Translations under genes and position numbers: made by a program
Assembly: GCA_900766575.1 (NCBI GenBank)
Contig: CAAFVW010000116.1
Location: forward strand, 4,438 to 68,437
Reading direction: 5' to 3'
Origin: Lachnospiraceae bacterium
GTDB taxonomy: Bacteria; Bacillota; Clostridia; Lachnospirales; Lachnospiraceae
DNA: 64,000 bases
Notes under the pieces: model-generated
Databases searched by the model: none
Told to the model about the DNA's origin: nothing
Seen by the model: the letters and a program-made list of their open reading frames with translations, nothing else
In this document: piece after piece, positions 49,522 to 57,992 of the stretch
How positions within the stretch are numbered: the stretch's first letter is position 1
Layout of the letters: the number at the start of each line of letters is the position of its first letter

Positions 49522-50625
49522 TTATTTGGAATCATCGGAGAATTTACCAAGGCTCGGATGTTCCCACCCTATTTTCTTAAAAAGCTCTTCTGCTATTTTC
49601 CTGGAGGCTTCCCGTTCTTCTGGTGTGATTTTTGCCTGCTCCTCCTCGTACCTTCTCCGAGATTCCCGACTTTCGGCAACATACTCTATCGACTCTCTTA
49701 GCACCTGGCTTGGATGCTTTAGAACCAATGGGCTGTCTTTTTCTTCGGGAAGTTCCTCATCAAAAAGTTCGATTTCGGTCTGACGGCTAATTTCGATCAT
49801 TTCCGCAACAACCTGCTCAAAGCGTTTTTTCTGATTTTTTACAAAATCATTAGTTTGCAGGATCTTCTGCTTTTCATTTAGCAGTTCCTGGTATCTGGTG
49901 TTCTTGCCCAGTGAATCATCCAGAATGAGGGTGCGGTTAATGTCCAGCATCGCTTCCTCATCATCCATCTCAGCGGCTTCCTGCATTGCCAAATCTGTAA
50001 GTTCCTCCTGCCGTGTGTCATGGTAACAGCTCTGAACCTCATAGATATAATTGCGAAGCTCTTTAACCTTGGAGCATACGAAATCGAAGAAGTATGCTTT
50101 ATCTTCTGTGTTCATACCAAACACGTCATCCTCATAGCCATTGAGGTCATGACATAATGCCTGGATTTCTGCATCCAGCTTCTGCCGTTCAACTCGCATT
50201 CTGTACTTCAGACGATGATCCATCTGACGCCGTTGGTTCTGTACAGTCTTTTCATCATGTCCAAGCGAAAACAACATGGTCGTGAATCCATCCACAAGAG
50301 ATGTCATAGTGCTGACAGGTACATTTCTAAAATTCCCACGCCGCAGTTCCTGGTAATCTGAGTCGGTGTGGTGCACAAGAATATGCATTACAAAATCCTT
50401 GCAGTTTTCTGGGAAACGGTACGGAGCCGTTGCTTTTGGGCTAACATACATCGTCCCGTCATCCTTTTTATACTGACGGAGCAATGCCAAATCTACGCCG
50501 ACTGCATCTGCAATCTCTGTAAATTTTTCTCTGACTTGCCCCTCTTTATGAGTGCCACCATCCTCCTTGGACTCAACCAAGCCACAATATTCTTCAAAAA
50601 TTTCCTTGAATTTAAGGAATTTCAT
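49522..50625 (-). CDS. Hypothetical helical protein (367 aa)
   Basis: AGGAGAG RBS, long open frame, no recognised motif. Confidence 0.75.
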   Translation of the reverse strand: MKFLKFKEIFEEYCGLVESKEDGGTHKEGQVREKFTEIADAVGVDLALLRQYKKDDGTMYVSPKATAPYRFPENCKDFVMHILVHHTDSDYQELRRGNFRNVPVSTMTSLVDGFTTMLFSLGHDEKTVQNQRRQMDHRLKYRMRVERQKLDAEIQALCHDLNGYEDDVFGMNTEDKAYFFDFVCSKVKELRNYIYEVQSCYHDTRQEELTDLAMQEAAEMDDEEAMLDINRTLILDDSLGKNTRYQELLNEKQKILQTNDFVKNQKKRFEQVVAEMIEISRQTEIELFDEELPEEKDSPLVLKHPSQVLRESIEYVAESRESRRRYEEEQAKITPEEREASRKIAEELFKKIGWEHPSLGKFSDDSK

Positions 50626-50714
50626 AATATCACTCTCCTTGTATTTCGTTACATACATTTTACCAAAACGCACTCCCAGAGGACACCCCTAAAGGACAGG
50701 AAGTTTTAGGGGTG

Positions 50715-51965
50715 TCACCGTCCCATTACACCAGGCATAACCACTTTATCTCGGTTATCGAATGGCATCTTCAGATCACCCAGCAGGCAAGCCTGGAACA
50801 CTGCCTTTTTCCCGAATCGCCGCCGTATATCCTCGATGCAGTCATCCAGTTTGTCCAGCCGCTCCAACTGCCGCATATCCGTGAAGAGATTAATCTGCTC
50901 CGGCTCGTTCTTGGGACGGAGGTTGATTGCCCGGACAGTTACAGCCCGGACAGGAATTATCCATCGATAATTGTCACGGAAAATCTGAATGGCTTTATGG
51001 GCAATGACCGATGGGCTTTGTGTTGCTAAGGCGAGAGGTGCCTGGTACTGTCGAAATCCCAGGTCGTTACTACGGATGCTGATTTGCACTCCGCTGGCTT
51101 TCAGCTTATGGATACGGAGTCGATGTCCAATATCCTGCGACAGCTCCAGCATCACTTTCCAAACCTCATCTTCATTTTCCAGATCTGCCGTGCAGGTGAT
51201 TCCGTGTCCGACCGACTTGATTGGAGAAACAAAATCTTTATGCAGGACTGGGCTATCGTCCAGTCCTGCTGCCGACCGCCACAAGCCAAGACCGTTCACA
51301 CCCAGCAGGCGTTTCAAAAACTGTGGATCAGCATTGGCAATGCCTCCTATGGTGTTGATGCCGTACTTCTCCAGCTTGGCGGTCGTTGCTCTCCCGACAA
51401 AGAGAAGGTCTGAAGCTGGTAATGGCCATATCTTCTCTTTGAACTCTTCCTTACGGATTTCTGTAATTGCATCCGGCTTTTTCATATCGCTACCCAGTTT
51501 GGCAAACATCTTATTAAAGGAAACACCGATAGACACTGTCAGTCCCAGTTCCTCTTTTATTGTCTGGCGAATGCTCTCGGCAATTTCCATGCCAGAACCG
51601 CACACACTTCTGCTGCCACCGACATCCAGCCAGCACTCATCCATGCCATAAGGCTCCACCTGGTCTGTGTATCTCTGATATATGTTCCGAGCCAGCTCCG
51701 AATATTTGAGGTACTGCTCATATTGCGGTTTGACCATGATGAGGTCGGGGCAACGTTGCCTTGCCTCCCAGTTAACCATCCCAGTCTTCACTCCGGCCTT
51801 CTTCGCCAGCTCCGATTTGGCAAGGACAATGCCGTGGCGGTTCTCGGTGCTTCCGCACACCGCTACTGCCTTTCCGCGCAGGGAGGGGTCAAGCATCATC
51901 TCCACCGATGCATAAAAGCAGTTCATATCACTATGTAAGATCGTTCTTTCACCCAACTTCATCAC
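50715..51965 (-). CDS. Y-family DNA polymerase (DinB/UmuC-like)
   Basis: ILHSDMNCFYASVE, MDECWLD, SIGVSFNKMFAKLGSD.KKP and IRRRFG. Confidence 0.93.
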   Translation of the reverse strand: MMKLGERTILHSDMNCFYASVEMMLDPSLRGKAVAVCGSTENRHGIVLAKSELAKKAGVKTGMVNWEARQRCPDLIMVKPQYEQYLKYSELARNIYQRYTDQVEPYGMDECWLDVGGSRSVCGSGMEIAESIRQTIKEELGLTVSIGVSFNKMFAKLGSDMKKPDAITEIRKEEFKEKIWPLPASDLLFVGRATTAKLEKYGINTIGGIANADPQFLKRLLGVNGLGLWRSAAGLDDSPVLHKDFVSPIKSVGHGITCTADLENEDEVWKVMLELSQDIGHRLRIHKLKASGVQISIRSNDLGFRQYQAPLALATQSPSVIAHKAIQIFRDNYRWIIPVRAVTVRAINLRPKNEPEQINLFTDMRQLERLDKLDDCIEDIRRRFGKKAVFQACLLGDLKMPFDNRDKVVMPGVMGR

Positions 51966-52106
51966 CCTCCTTTGAAAACTTCATCTTTCCCTATTGACAA
52001 AGTGAAGTTACGTACATATAATCAAGTTGTAACTTCATCAAACTTCATTCGCATAATAACACTAGAATGAAGTTGCGTCAATAGTTCTGATGAAGTTGAT
52101 GAAGTT
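51955..52106. promoter_or_regulatory. Face-to-face SigA promoters with AACTTCA operator array
   Basis: + strand TTGACA-17-TATAAT (51994-52022); - strand TTGACG-17-TATTAT (52081-52053); 8 AACTTCA copies. Confidence 0.8.
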
Positions 52107-52139
52107 ACGGAGAGAAATTTATATGAAAGGAAGGCTACT

Positions 52140-52565
52140 ATGACTTTTTCCGACAAAATTAAAGTATCACGAGAACTCTGCAATTTGACCCAACAGCAGC
52201 TCGCTGACAAAGTCGGTGTTTCCAAGCGTACTATTGCTTCCTACGAATCCACCGATGCACGAGCGCGGTCTTCTACTATGCGTAAACTGGCGATGGCACT
52301 GGGCGTTTCTTATGATTATCTGGCAAACGATGAAATTACCGACCCACAGCAAGGAATCGAAAAAATGACCTACATCGAAACCGCCAGACAGCAGTTCGGC
52401 AATAAAGCCGCAAATGAAGTGGACGAACTGTTGGAGCGCAACGCTGCTCTCTTCGCTGGTGGCGAACTGAGCGAGGAAGCCAAAGACGCATTTTTCACGG
52501 CTGTGACCAAAGCCTATCTGGAATGTAAGGAGCAGGCAAAGAAAACTTACGGACGGAAGAAGTAA
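52140..52565 (+). CDS. XRE-family repressor (ImmR-like)
   Basis: LTQQQLADKVGVSKRTIASYE...LGVSYDYL. Confidence 0.92.
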   Translation: MTFSDKIKVSRELCNLTQQQLADKVGVSKRTIASYESTDARARSSTMRKLAMALGVSYDYLANDEITDPQQGIEKMTYIETARQQFGNKAANEVDELLERNAALFAGGELSEEAKDAFFTAVTKAYLECKEQAKKTYGRKK

Positions 52566-52627
52566 TCCAAATTATAGGACACACGATCCTGTATAATTAG
52601 AAGTGGGTATAGAAAAGAGGGATCTGA

Positions 52628-53179
52628 ATGAACATGGATTATATCTGCCGAGAGGTAGAAAATCTAAAGAAAAAATACCATGAAACAGACCCGTTCAAGC
52701 TGTGTGAGGATATGGGCATCATTCTGCTCTATACGCCGATGGGAACTTACCCAGGAGCCTGCAAAGGCTTCTTTCTGACACAGAGCCGTAAACGCTCCAT
52801 CACGATCAATAGTGATCTTCCAGAGTCGATCCAACGGATTATCGTCACACACGAGCTGGGTCATGCCGTTCTCCACGCAAAGGCTGTGGGGGTTAAGGCT
52901 TTTCATGATTTTGAATTATTCGACAGCACATCACTCATGGAATACGAGGCAAACATCTTTGCTGCAGAATTTCTCATGGACGATGAAGATGTTCTGGCAA
53001 AATTAAATGATGATATTTCCTTCTTCGGAGCCGCCGCATTGCTACGGGTGCCCCCGGAGCTGTTGGATTTCAAGTTCCGGCTCATGAAAAGGAATGGATA
53101 TAAAGTTATCGATCCGCCACTGATGGCAAACGGTAACTTCTTAAAAAATGTAGAAACCAATGTGACCACTGACTACTAA
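52628..53179 (+). CDS. ImmA/IrrE-family metalloprotease
   Basis: HELGHAVLH and EYEANIFAAEFL. Confidence 0.92.
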   Translation: MNMDYICREVENLKKKYHETDPFKLCEDMGIILLYTPMGTYPGACKGFFLTQSRKRSITINSDLPESIQRIIVTHELGHAVLHAKAVGVKAFHDFELFDSTSLMEYEANIFAAEFLMDDEDVLAKLNDDISFFGAAALLRVPPELLDFKFRLMKRNGYKVIDPPLMANGNFLKNVETNVTTDY

Positions 53180-53205
53180 CAGGCAGGCAAGGGAGGTCAG
53201 TCAGT

Positions 53206-53478
53206 ATGAATAACATAAAAGTTTATGTGGATGTAATCGCCCGATTCAACAGCGAGGGCGTATTGATTCCTCTCAGCCTGACCTGGGAGGACGGAGAGAA
53301 ATTTGATATTGACCGTGTCACAGACATCCGGCAGGCGGCTGCTATGAAGGCCGGCGGGCAAGGTGACAGATATACGATTTGGGTAAGAGGTCGGCAGAGC
53401 TATCTGTTCTTTGAACGCAACCACTCTTTGACCGGGAACAATCTGGGGCGCTGGTTCGTGGAACGGCGGACAGCATAG
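53206..53478 (+). CDS. Small beta-rich hypothetical protein
   Basis: GGGAGG RBS; KAGGQGDRY and WFVER. Confidence 0.75.
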   Translation: MNNIKVYVDVIARFNSEGVLIPLSLTWEDGEKFDIDRVTDIRQAAAMKAGGQGDRYTIWVRGRQSYLFFERNHSLTGNNLGRWFVERRTA

Positions 53479-53505
53479 TCCTTAAACTACTTACGGAGGA
53501 AACAC

Positions 53506-53826
53506 ATGGAAAATAAAGAAAAACGCCAACTTCTCCAGAATCTCATTGACGCTGATACCCTTTCGGTAACCAGCTACTATGAAACTTTGGAGAACACTGG
53601 TGATATGAAATATAACTATGGCGATTATCTCTTCACCGAGCCGATTGATTGCAATATGGAGCTGGCACGATTGAAAGATGCAGATTATGAACTGTGCTGC
53701 GTTCTGCTTACAATGCTCCTGCGAGAAGATCATTTCAGCAACGGCTCTTTTGAAAATCGCTATCATGCCGGACAGGTAAAGCCTATCGTTGAGAAAATGA
53801 TAACGCTACTCTCTTCTGGGGAATAG
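53506..53826 (+). CDS. Hypothetical protein (DUF6508-like)
   Basis: LLTMLLREDHFSNG motif; GGAGG RBS. Confidence 0.65.
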   Translation: MENKEKRQLLQNLIDADTLSVTSYYETLENTGDMKYNYGDYLFTEPIDCNMELARLKDADYELCCVLLTMLLREDHFSNGSFENRYHAGQVKPIVEKMITLLSSGE

Positions 53827-53835
53827 GAGGCGCCA

Positions 53836-54807
53836 ATGGCAACACTTGAATCGTATGGCCGAGAGATACATAGTATTTTTCAGCTTCTCGGTGATAAAGA
53901 AAACGATATCACTCTTAGTATGTCCTGGGCATTAGCCCAATTCCCAGAGTTCCTGAAAGCAGTGGTACAACATATCTGCGGACTGGTTCCTAACACGGAT
54001 ACAGTGATGGTTATGAATCAGAAATACGATGCCGTTACTGGCATCACAGATATTGAAGTTACAGACGAACAAAGCTTCCACCTTATCTTTGAAGCAAAGC
54101 GTGGCTGGATTTTGCCAGGTGCAGACCAGCTTACGAAGTATTCTGTTCGGCTGGCATCATCCAAGGCAACTATCAAACAGATTGTAACCTTGTCCGAATG
54201 CACACAGACCTATGCAGCGTCCTATCTGCCGTTCACCGTTGCTCCAAACGGTATACCCGTTTCGCATCTCTCCTACAGGAAAGTATATGAAATGGCTGGC
54301 GGTGCCAGGGCAACATCGAACCACGCACAGAAGCATCTCCTTGCGGAGTTCTGTGACTACTTGAAGGAGGTAATGACCATGCAGAAGAAAGATTCCAATA
54401 TGGTATATGTCGTTGCGCTGGGAACCACAAAGCCGGACGGTTGCGACATCACATGGATCGACATCGTAAAAAATCATAATAAATATTTCTGTCCTGTGAG
54501 CGGAAACGGCTGGCCGAAAGAGCCACCAAACTACATAGCGTTCCGCTACTACGGACAGCTCCAGTCCATTCATCACATCGAAAGTTATACCGTAACTCGG
54601 AATATGCACGATGAAATCCCAGAGATGCCGGATGAGATATGGGGCAATGACTGCTACATCTATCATCTGGGACCGGCTATCGTTCCTGGCAAAACTGTAA
54701 AGACAGGAAAGATCTTCAAGAACGGTCGGGTATGGGCAATGCTGGACACACTCCTTACCTGTGATTCCATCAGCGAGGCACGTGATTTAACACAGAGTCG
54801 ACTATAA
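53836..54807 (+). CDS. PD-(D/E)XK-like nuclease with unknown C-terminal domain
   Basis: ENDIT...ITDIEV...IFEAK...QL.KY. Confidence 0.7.
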   Translation: MATLESYGREIHSIFQLLGDKENDITLSMSWALAQFPEFLKAVVQHICGLVPNTDTVMVMNQKYDAVTGITDIEVTDEQSFHLIFEAKRGWILPGADQLTKYSVRLASSKATIKQIVTLSECTQTYAASYLPFTVAPNGIPVSHLSYRKVYEMAGGARATSNHAQKHLLAEFCDYLKEVMTMQKKDSNMVYVVALGTTKPDGCDITWIDIVKNHNKYFCPVSGNGWPKEPPNYIAFRYYGQLQSIHHIESYTVTRNMHDEIPEMPDEIWGNDCYIYHLGPAIVPGKTVKTGKIFKNGRVWAMLDTLLTCDSISEARDLTQSRL

Positions 54808-54819
54808 TGGGGTGATTTC

Positions 54820-55305
54820 ATGTCCAAGGAAACTGAACTCCGCCTGCACCGTTGCTGTTTCACCGGCCATCGACCGGAAAAGTTATATAAACCAGAGGAG
54901 CAGGTAAAGCATGACCTGGAAGTGGCAATTCAGCAAGCTATCGCTGATGGTTTCGTTACCTTTATTTCTGGGATGGCACGTGGTGTTGATATCTGGGCGG
55001 CACAAATCGTACTAAGGGAACGTGCTAAGAATCCGGCTATCCATCTGGTAGCCGCAGTGCCGTATAAGGGCTTTGAAAGCAGGTGGCAAGCCCGCTGGCA
55101 GCAGGAATACAATTTTATTCTCCAATATGCCGATCTGGTAAAATACATCTGCCCTGGCTATAGCCGAGATTGCTTCCAACGCCGAAACGAGTGGATGGTA
55201 AACCGATCTGCCCGTGTGATAGCGGTTTACAATGGAGAACCCGGCGGCACCAGAAACACAATCGAATACGCCCAATACAAAGAAGTGGAGTGCCTTCGCA
55301 TATGA
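54820..55305 (+). CDS. SLOG-family protein (YspA/DUF1273-like)
   Basis: CFTGHRP, SGMARGVD, RNEWMV and GGTRNTI. Confidence 0.88.
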   Translation: MSKETELRLHRCCFTGHRPEKLYKPEEQVKHDLEVAIQQAIADGFVTFISGMARGVDIWAAQIVLRERAKNPAIHLVAAVPYKGFESRWQARWQQEYNFILQYADLVKYICPGYSRDCFQRRNEWMVNRSARVIAVYNGEPGGTRNTIEYAQYKEVECLRI

Positions 55306-55320
55306 TGGCACTCCACTTCT

Positions 55321-56385
55321 TTATTCTTTTAATGATGGCTCTTGATGTTCGTATGGAATGTGAGCAAATGTTTTCAAAATTGCCTCGAAAATAATCTGGG
55401 CTCCGCGACAAGGAACTGCCATACCAATTTGTTTCCTCACTGACTCCTTAGAACCAATAAATTCATAGGAATCTGGGAATGTTTGCAACCGGGCTCTCTC
55501 TCTGTTAGTAAGAGCTCGGTTTTCACTCCAGTGATATATATGTGTTCCACCGCCGCCAGACCCTGTCACAGTATATGCAGGCTTATCCGGGTCAAGTCGT
55601 TTATATATTTGACTGATTTTTGCTCCACGCACATTCAACTGTAAATGTTCAGGCAAATCAGCAGTGAAAGCATTCTGTCCCGGTTTGATATACTTTAGTC
55701 TTTCCACCACAGTCGCACTCTGACGTGTCTGTTCATTATTCAAAGCCCCTTCTAAAATCGGGGGATTCTCAATAGCATTTTTGCAAGTGTTATTCGCTCC
55801 TTCATACGGCTTTGTAGAAGGTACTCTATACTGATATTCACCAGCAAGATCATTTCTAATGCCTACAATAATCACACGGTGTCTTGCCTGCGGAACGCCA
55901 TATTCCTCAAATTTATATAAATTAGGAACAACCGTATAACCAGCATCCTTCATATCTGCTAATATTTTTTCAAATGCTTTACCCTGATTTGCTGACCGTA
56001 AACCGCCAACATTTTCGGCTAAGAACCACATCGGTTTGTATAAACGTAATACTTGAACACCATAACTATAAAGCGGACCATAGGTACCATCAAATCCCTT
56101 TTGCTCTCCTACAACCGAGAAATCATTACATGGAAAGCCGAATGCGAGTGCATCTATCGGTGAAAGCTGGGTCAAATCAAATTTTCGTATATCTGCATGA
56201 AACACGGTTTCTGGTTCTTGCGGGCAAATATTATGGGCATAAGTTTTGCAAGTCGATTCATCGTAGTCGTTTGCCCAAGCATGAACTATACGATCTCCAT
56301 TTCCAATATTTGCGGACAAGGCACCGCAGGCCAGCCCTCCTGGGCCACAAAACAGTTCGCCTAATCTGTAATCCATTATTTCCAA
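55321..56385 (-). CDS. DNA (cytosine-5) methyltransferase of the R-M system
   Basis: ELFCGPGG, GFPC, AENV, PQARHR, ERARLQTFP and QIGMAVP. Confidence 0.95.
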   Translation of the reverse strand: MEIMDYRLGELFCGPGGLACGALSANIGNGDRIVHAWANDYDESTCKTYAHNICPQEPETVFHADIRKFDLTQLSPIDALAFGFPCNDFSVVGEQKGFDGTYGPLYSYGVQVLRLYKPMWFLAENVGGLRSANQGKAFEKILADMKDAGYTVVPNLYKFEEYGVPQARHRVIIVGIRNDLAGEYQYRVPSTKPYEGANNTCKNAIENPPILEGALNNEQTRQSATVVERLKYIKPGQNAFTADLPEHLQLNVRGAKISQIYKRLDPDKPAYTVTGSGGGGTHIYHWSENRALTNRERARLQTFPDSYEFIGSKESVRKQIGMAVPCRGAQIIFEAILKTFAHIPYEHQEPSLKE

Positions 56386-56693
56386 CGTCCCTTCGTCAAT
56401 ATATCTATCATATTCTGTACTACTTGCATTTCGTCACCCTTAAGCAATGAAACGTGTTCCAATGCATTAGAAGGCGGTTGCACATAGCCAGCAACAATAA
56501 AAATGTCGATTATACTAATCTCATAAAAATTAGCTAATCGGCAAAGTAGCTCAGCAGGTGGGTCCTGCATAAGATCTCTCTCCAGTTTTGATAATCGGCT
56601 GGTGGTGATTCCAGTTTCTTCAAAGACAGTATTCAACGATAAATTCTTGCTTAATCGAATATTTTTTAGGTACAGCCCAAGACTATCTCTCAT
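56376..56693 (-). CDS. XRE-family controller protein
   Basis: LSLNTVFEETGITTSRLSKLE HTH; overlaps the methyltransferase start. Confidence 0.8.
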   Translation of the reverse strand: MRDSLGLYLKNIRLSKNLSLNTVFEETGITTSRLSKLERDLMQDPPAELLCRLANFYEISIIDIFIVAGYVQPPSNALEHVSLLKGDEMQVVQNMIDILTKGRWK

Positions 56694-56864
56694 GCCTACA
56701 CCCTCCCTTCAGAAGTTTCCAGTCAGTATTATAGCATTTATGCTGCGTTTTCGCAAGATACTAAATAATTTTTTTTATTTTCGCAGCGTCTTGGTTACAT
56801 ATGGATTTTCCAAGAATCTGTGTTATAATTATTTTGAGATAGTGTAGATAAAGGGGGTTGTATT

Positions 56865-57977
56865 ATGCACTTGCTCTATACAAATTTACTGCCTCTGAGG
56901 ACCCAACCTGGCAAAGAGAACTTTGTTGAATATTTCAAAGAAGCAATTTCCAAGTCTGATACCGTAGAAATCGCAACTGGCTACGTTTCTCGTGGAGCAA
57001 TAATAGAACTGGCAAAATATGTAGAGGAATATGGAATCTCTTCTATTTCTCTTGTAGTTGGTATGTATTACCACGAGGGAATGCCAGAAGGCATATACAA
57101 TGCTTTAACTGAACTTCATGAGGTATGGCAGGCTAAAGGTATTGGCTCTATAAATATTGTGCGACCTTTTTCGTACCATGGAAAAGTTTATGCATTCTTC
57201 AAAGACGGACAGCCTATTGCTGGCATTGTCGGCTCCAATAATCTCGGAGCAATAAAACTGGAGGCAAGTAATCTACGCCAGTATGAAATGGCGGTTGCAA
57301 CAGAAGATGCTACAGAAATATCGGAAATCAGTTCTCATATTAGGGATATGATGGGGCGGCGTTGTTCTTTCCCCATTAACGAGATAACGGATATGAAACT
57401 AATCCGCCAACAGAATAATGCACTAATCGACCAGCAATTTGTGGATCGTGTGACCCCAGAAGATGTGGATGCTTATAAAGAGCATTGCACAGATATTTCA
57501 TTTGAAATTCCGCTAAAAGTACCAGCTAATAAAGAGGATGATAATATGCGCGGATCAAATATAAATGTTTGCTATGCTTCTGGTCGTAAGCGTGTCTGGT
57601 GGGAATGCGAGGTCGTTGTAGGAAAGGCAATCCGTGATTTGCCTGGATACCCGGAGTGGCAAAAGCCATTTATGGCTATCACAGATGATGGTTGGAAGTT
57701 TCAGGTGTGGACTTGCGGTCAAAACAACAAAAACTTGTACTCTAAAGATGACTTAAAAATCATGGGACGCTGGATCAAGGGGCGGCTTGTAGCTGCGGGG
57801 TTGGTTGAACCAGTAAATAATGTTTCAAATGACCCTGATTGCAGAGGATTGATCACTGGCGAAACATTAGCTCGGTACGGTAGGGATACAATTACATTAA
57901 CCAAAACAGACCAACAGACTACAACAGCCGATGGAACGCCCATCGACATCTGGATGCTTTCATTCCTGCCAAACTAA
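56865..57977 (+). CDS. PLD-family restriction endonuclease (NgoFVII/NgoAVII/CglI R-type)
   Basis: IATGY, YHGKVY and GSNNL; C-terminal TDDG...LKIMGRWIKGRL. Confidence 0.88.
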   Translation: MHLLYTNLLPLRTQPGKENFVEYFKEAISKSDTVEIATGYVSRGAIIELAKYVEEYGISSISLVVGMYYHEGMPEGIYNALTELHEVWQAKGIGSINIVRPFSYHGKVYAFFKDGQPIAGIVGSNNLGAIKLEASNLRQYEMAVATEDATEISEISSHIRDMMGRRCSFPINEITDMKLIRQQNNALIDQQFVDRVTPEDVDAYKEHCTDISFEIPLKVPANKEDDNMRGSNINVCYASGRKRVWWECEVVVGKAIRDLPGYPEWQKPFMAITDDGWKFQVWTCGQNNKNLYSKDDLKIMGRWIKGRLVAAGLVEPVNNVSNDPDCRGLITGETLARYGRDTITLTKTDQQTTTADGTPIDIWMLSFLPN

Positions 57978-57992
57978 ACAGGGAGGTTATGT

